Shown: positions 59,780 to 64,000 of the stretch, one piece after another | How the letters are laid out: each line of letters begins with the position of its first letter | Numbering within the stretch: position 1 is the stretch's first letter | Position numbers and translations under genes: made by a program | Notes under the pieces: model-generated | What the model was told of the DNA's origin: nothing | The model's input: the letters and a program-made list of their open reading frames with translations, nothing else | Database searches by the model: none | NCBI GenBank assembly: GCA_024679565.1 | Contig: JAIBDD010000010.1 | Coordinates: 29,396 to 93,395, forward strand | From: Bacteroidota bacterium | GTDB taxonomy: Bacteria; Bacteroidota; Bacteroidia; NS11-12g; UBA9320 | Reading direction: 5' to 3' | Length of the DNA: 64,000 nucleotides

Positions 59780-59932
59780 TTACCTGCGCCACCGGGGCAC
59801 ATTCACGTGCTCGTAAGGACAATGTTTGCATTTTTTACCACAACATGTTCCACGTTTTAAGTGGTATGCTTCAGTCATTACCAACAATCCATCAGCGTTG
59901 ATGTAATAATCTTCGTTTTCCTTTAAATCCAT
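59780..59932 (-). CDS. DUF5522-like small Cys-rich protein (50 aa; not in the ORF track)
   Basis: MDLKENEDYYINADGLLVMTEAYHLKRGTCCGKKCKHCPYEHVNVPRWRR; RGxCCxxxCxHCPY motif. Confidence 0.85.
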   Translation of the reverse strand: MDLKENEDYYINADGLLVMTEAYHLKRGTCCGKKCKHCPYEHVNVPRWRR

Positions 59933-59943
59933 GAAATCGATAA

Positions 59944-60798
59944 CTATGGCGTATTCGACATTGACTCGCCACAGTTTTTACAAAACAACGCATCCTTTTC
60001 ATTGTTTGTTTCACAATGTCTACACGGATTTTTGCCACGCTTCTGATCAGCGAATTCTACGGTTACAATGCCCGTAGGCACTGTAATGATGGCATAACCA
60101 ATTATCATTAAGGCTGATGATAAGATTTTGCCTAAAATGGTACTTGGGGTGATGTCGCCATAACCCACGGTGGTAACTGTTACGACGGCCCAATAGATAC
60201 TTGCAGGTATGCTCGAAAATTTGTTTTCCTCGTTCAACTCATAGTTGTGTTCGGCCCCTTCAATGATATACATCACTGTACCCATCAAGATTACTAGAAT
60301 AAGAATGAATCCAAAAAACACGGTAATTTTATTACTGCTTGCTTTCAAGGCTTTGCCAAGACTATTGGCTTCTTTACTATAACGACTAAGCCGGAAAATT
60401 CTGAATACACGTAATAACCTTAAAACCCGAATAATGAGTAAGTATTTCGTGCCGCTAATAAATAAGCTTAAATAAGTGGGTATCGTGCTAAGTAAATCAA
60501 TAATTCCCCAAAAGCTTAGGATATACTTCCTTGGTTTTTTGCTCAGATAAATACGTAAGAAATATTCAATGCTAAAAACAATAGTGAAAAACCATTCGAG
60601 ATATTGAAGAACTCGAGACACAGGTGCAGAGATAGTTTGCACACTGTCCAACATAATGACGAATACACTGATAACAATTCCCCATAAAAGGATTACGTCA
60701 AATAGCCTTGCGTCAGGGGTGTCGGCTTCAAAGATTATTTCTCGCCACTTTTCCCTTCTCGTAAGGTGGTTTTTATCTAGCGTTCTCTGTTTTTTCAA
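59944..60798 (-). CDS. Voltage-gated-type potassium channel (ion transporter)
   Basis: S4-like RVLRLLRVFRIFRL, TTVGYGD selectivity filter, C-terminal CxxC...CxxC. Confidence 0.92.
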   Translation of the reverse strand: MKKQRTLDKNHLTRREKWREIIFEADTPDARLFDVILLWGIVISVFVIMLDSVQTISAPVSRVLQYLEWFFTIVFSIEYFLRIYLSKKPRKYILSFWGIIDLLSTIPTYLSLFISGTKYLLIIRVLRLLRVFRIFRLSRYSKEANSLGKALKASSNKITVFFGFILILVILMGTVMYIIEGAEHNYELNEENKFSSIPASIYWAVVTVTTVGYGDITPSTILGKILSSALMIIGYAIITVPTGIVTVEFADQKRGKNPCRHCETNNEKDALFCKNCGESMSNTP

Positions 60799-60831
60799 AT
60801 CGTTATACTATTCAAAGTAACAATAAGTTTG

Positions 60832-61605
60832 TCACATAGTTTCTTCTTCTGCATCCAAAAAGTAACGGAAACCGATATTAAATTGAAGACTTGTACCAGT
60901 GGTAAATATCGAATTTTTCACCGATGCGTGATTTGGCGTTCTATGCGTAATATCGAAATAATTGTTACCCGCAATACCAAGTTTCGAATTCATGCCAACG
61001 TTTATGTTAACCACTTCATTTATAGGGTATTGGTAACTTATGTTCAGATTTAGCATAACTATCTTAGCATCAAAGGTGTTGTCGGATATGACATACGCTA
61101 TTGAACCAGCTGATGCGTTTAAAGGATTGATAGGTACTTCTGGACTAAAGAAGGTTTCAGTCAACCCCATTTTTGTTCCCGCCAACAGCGTAACTCCAGT
61201 ACCGTAAATCAGATGCCGTGGTTCGTATTTTCCCTGCCATGTCTTAACAGCGTTAAAATTAAATGGGATCATGTAGGAGGTGAAAGTATTGATTGGTGTA
61301 TTGGCAAAATACACGTCACCACTTTCTGTTAAGAGGTCGATGTTTACCCGATAGTCTGATTTGTAAATGCCGACCTCAACTTGGTATTTTTCCTCTACTA
61401 AAGCTCCAGCAACAACGCCAAAAGTGGCTGCCATTTGATTGTATATTTTAATACTGGGGTGATAAGGCCGGGCGCCTCCTGTAGCCAGTTTATAGTAGTC
61501 AAATTTAGGTCCTATATCTAAACCGATGTAATAATCGTTTTGAGCAGTAGCTGCCTGAGATAAAACGCTGAGGATAAGAATTATGAGGATTTTTCTTTTG
61601 TCCAT
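60832..61605 (-). CDS. Hypothetical outer-membrane beta-barrel-like protein
   Basis: Signal peptide, alternating beta strands, terminal FNIGFRYF strand. Confidence 0.6.
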   Translation of the reverse strand: MDKRKILIILILSVLSQAATAQNDYYIGLDIGPKFDYYKLATGGARPYHPSIKIYNQMAATFGVVAGALVEEKYQVEVGIYKSDYRVNIDLLTESGDVYFANTPINTFTSYMIPFNFNAVKTWQGKYEPRHLIYGTGVTLLAGTKMGLTETFFSPEVPINPLNASAGSIAYVISDNTFDAKIVMLNLNISYQYPINEVVNINVGMNSKLGIAGNNYFDITHRTPNHASVKNSIFTTGTSLQFNIGFRYFLDAEEETM

Positions 61606-62195
61606 AACTTGAGCTGTGGGTCAGTTGTTTTGAATGATTTTCTATGATGCTGCGTTAAACCGAATTGAATTACCGCGATGCGATGCTCCACGGTTGGGTA
61701 GCCTTTGTTTTTTTGCCAATTGTATTCAGGAAAATTTTCATGCAGATCTTTCATATAGGCATCCCGATGTGTTTTGGCTAATACTGATGCTGCAGCGATA
61801 TGGAGATATTTACCATCGCCTTTTATAATAGTCTCATGTGGAATTGTAGCGTAGGGTTTAAAGCGATTTCCATCAACAGCAATAAATTCGGGTTTTGCCT
61901 CTAAACCGTCTAAGGCAATATGCATCGCTTTGATAGAGGCATTAAGAATGTTTATCTGATCAATTTCTTTTTCCCAAACCATGGCAACAGACCATGCGAT
62001 TGCTTTTTTTTCGATTTGAGAACGTAGTTTGTCTCGTTTGGATTTAGACAGTTTCTTAGAATCGTTTAGTCCAACAATTCCGTGCTTTTCTGGTAGAATA
62101 ACTGCAGCGGCACAAACCGGTCCAGCAATGCATCCACGTCCGGCTTCATCGCAGCCAGCTTCAATTCTATTTTCCTGTATTGCCAAACGAAGCAT
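61581..62195 (-). CDS. rnhB: Ribonuclease HII
   Basis: GCDEAGRG..AGPV, DSKKL, DGN, KGD, AAS.LAK..RD, KGYPT..H. Confidence 0.96.
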   Translation of the reverse strand: MLRLAIQENRIEAGCDEAGRGCIAGPVCAAAVILPEKHGIVGLNDSKKLSKSKRDKLRSQIEKKAIAWSVAMVWEKEIDQINILNASIKAMHIALDGLEAKPEFIAVDGNRFKPYATIPHETIIKGDGKYLHIAAASVLAKTHRDAYMKDLHENFPEYNWQKNKGYPTVEHRIAVIQFGLTQHHRKSFKTTDPQLKLWTKEKSS

Positions 62196-62230
62196 AGGCA
62201 AAAATAAGCTATGTTTGCAAACGATTCGAC

Positions 62231-62974
62231 ATGCATAAATATCGCGAAACGTTATATCAAAATTATTACTCTACCCATTCAGGGAAGCAGGATCAATCGG
62301 TTCAAATTCAACACTTTAATCAACAAGTGCGATATTTTGAACGTGAGTTTAAACACTTAATGCCTTCAAATAAGGAAGCAAAGATTTTGGACATTGGTTG
62401 TGGCACAGGCTCTTTGATTAAAGCACTAAATAATTTAGGGTATTCAAAAACAAATGGCATTGATTTAAGTGTCGAGCAAGTGAAGATGGCTGGTGTTTTT
62501 GGCGTAACAGGAATTGAACAGGCTGATGTGAACGATTATCTGAAGGATAAGCAAGAAACGTATGATGTGATTTTCGCTGTTGATTTGATTGAACACCTTG
62601 CTAAAGACGAATTGGTCAATTTTTTAAAGATGGTTCGTTCAGGTCTAAATGCCGGTGGTCAAGTTATTTTTAGAACGCCCAATATGGATGCCCCTTTGGC
62701 TTCAGTTTTTGCATTTGCCGACTTTACCCATGAGGTTTTTCTAAATAAAAGTTCTGCGAAACAATTGTTGCAATCTTGTGGTTATCAGAGCGTTGAAGTC
62801 TCTGAGGGGATTGTCTTTATCGAAAATTCTGTAAAGGAAATTGTGCGTAAAGTGGGTTGGGCAATCACGAAAATATTGTTAAAAATGCAGTTGTTCTTTT
62901 CTGCCCGTACATGGGGTGAAGTCTTGTTTACACCCAATATTGTTATTGTCGGAAATAAAGACGCTAAAGCGTAA
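62231..62974 (+). CDS. Class I SAM-dependent methyltransferase
   Basis: ILDIGCGTG, GIDLS, D.IEHL, L..GG....RTPN, D.TH. Confidence 0.88.
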   Translation: MHKYRETLYQNYYSTHSGKQDQSVQIQHFNQQVRYFEREFKHLMPSNKEAKILDIGCGTGSLIKALNNLGYSKTNGIDLSVEQVKMAGVFGVTGIEQADVNDYLKDKQETYDVIFAVDLIEHLAKDELVNFLKMVRSGLNAGGQVIFRTPNMDAPLASVFAFADFTHEVFLNKSSAKQLLQSCGYQSVEVSEGIVFIENSVKEIVRKVGWAITKILLKMQLFFSARTWGEVLFTPNIVIVGNKDAKA

Positions 62975-64000
62975 ACGGAATATCCATTTCTTTACAAATA
63001 GATTTTAGATCTAAAAACACTGGATCTATCAATGGAATGCCCTCATTTTTTCGTTTCGTATACATTCGTGCTTCTGGTTCTCCAGGGATAATAACCTCAT
63101 TTTGTCCTTCTATTGTGTCGGATGCTTTGAAACGGTTTATCCATTGGTCCATATTGTTTTTAAAATCATCAATGGGTCTGAATCCATCTACCCGCATAGC
63201 GCCAACAAAATGGCCTATTCCCTTACCAGGCATATCTGGTGCAAGAGGTAAAAACGAAACAAATGGTGGAACCCAAGGCCCGTAATTGGCGCCACTCAAA
63301 ACGCCACTAAATATGTCGACAAATGCCGATAGGCCATATCCTTTATGACTTCCCATTTCTTTTGTGCTGCCTAACGTTAGTAAACTTCCTCCACCTTTTA
63401 AGTCTTCCGGATTGTTGGTGTCTTGTCCAGCTTTGTTTTGCAGCCAGCCAGTTGGGATTTGATCACCTTTTCGTTTGGCAATTTCAAGTTTACCGTTAGC
63501 GGCAGCGGAAGTAGCCATATCAATAACAACAGGTTCACATTTGCCTGCAGGGATTGCATAACAAATTGGATTCGTCCCTAATAAGCGTTCTTTACTGAAT
63601 GTTGGCGCCACTAAAGGACTTGCATTGGTTAATGCCATCCCGATCATGTCGTGTTCAAGTGCTTTCATTGCATGGTATCCGGCAATTCCAAAATGATTTG
63701 AATTTTGGATGGCAACCCAACCACTTCCATGCTCTTTCGCTTTTTGGATGGCAATATCCATGGCTTTGGCCGCATTGGTTAAACCCAAACCACCATCACC
63801 ATCAAGGGTAGCTGTGGTGTTGGTTTCGTGAACAATGGAAGGTTGTGCTTTGGCGTTTATACGATTTGCATTCCAGAGACGTACATATCCGCTTAGTCGT
63901 GCTACACCATGCGAATCGATTCCCCTTAAATCGGCGCTTTGAAGAACGTCGGAAGCCAATTCTGCGTCAGACAATGAGCAGCCCATTTTGGAGAATATGG
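62964..64000 (-). CDS. Ldh_2 family (malate/L-lactate/L-sulfolactate) oxidoreductase, 5'-partial
   Basis: ADLRGIDSHG..RL, NSNHFG, LGTNPI, DMATS, GSHKGYGL, IPGE; start lies beyond the window end. Confidence 0.9.
   Translation of the reverse strand, partial: IFSKMGCSLSDAELASDVLQSADLRGIDSHGVARLSGYVRLWNANRINAKAQPSIVHETNTTATLDGDGGLGLTNAAKAMDIAIQKAKEHGSGWVAIQNSNHFGIAGYHAMKALEHDMIGMALTNASPLVAPTFSKERLLGTNPICYAIPAGKCEPVVIDMATSAAANGKLEIAKRKGDQIPTGWLQNKAGQDTNNPEDLKGGGSLLTLGSTKEMGSHKGYGLSAFVDIFSGVLSGANYGPWVPPFVSFLPLAPDMPGKGIGHFVGAMRVDGFRPIDDFKNNMDQWINRFKASDTIEGQNEVIIPGEPEARMYTKRKNEGIPLIDPVFLDLKSICKEMDIPFTL

Overview
64 kb of a compact, AT-rich Bacteroidota chromosome. The assignment rests on TAnnTTTG -7 promoter boxes, type IX secretion/gliding genes (porV, porU, porP-family, gldJ, porQ) and the rsmD-coaD-NUDIX-pyrE cluster. 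Most of the window is housekeeping: tRNA-Leu(TAG)-tig-clpP-clpX, rsmE, menB, icmF, pfkA, lon, ahcY, pyrE, coaD, cmk, dxs, serS, lpdA, rnhB. The most striking unexplained feature is the roughly 0.8 kb ORF-free gap between icmF and a nucleoside transporter (16236-17040). It holds two tandem, paralogous minus-strand transcription units of about 190-210 nt. Each has a sigma54-type -24/-12 promoter, an IHF-consensus site and a candidate activator box at matching distances, a 5' hairpin, a 41-nt G-poor ACUAC-repeat core (40/41 identical), a conserved GCUC/GAGC hairpin and an intrinsic terminator. These look like an unannotated family of sigma54-controlled small RNAs; a 13-codon micro-ORF exactly spans the core and is the alternative reading. 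Other observations: many genes appear leaderless, a lipoprotein gene is frameshifted in an A7 tract, there are heptamer repeat arrays, a structured element precedes tRNA-Leu, a PD-(D/E)xK-like gene was missed by the ORF track, and a PEtN transferase carries a phosphodiesterase-like fusion. All calls come from reading motifs by eye; no database search was run.
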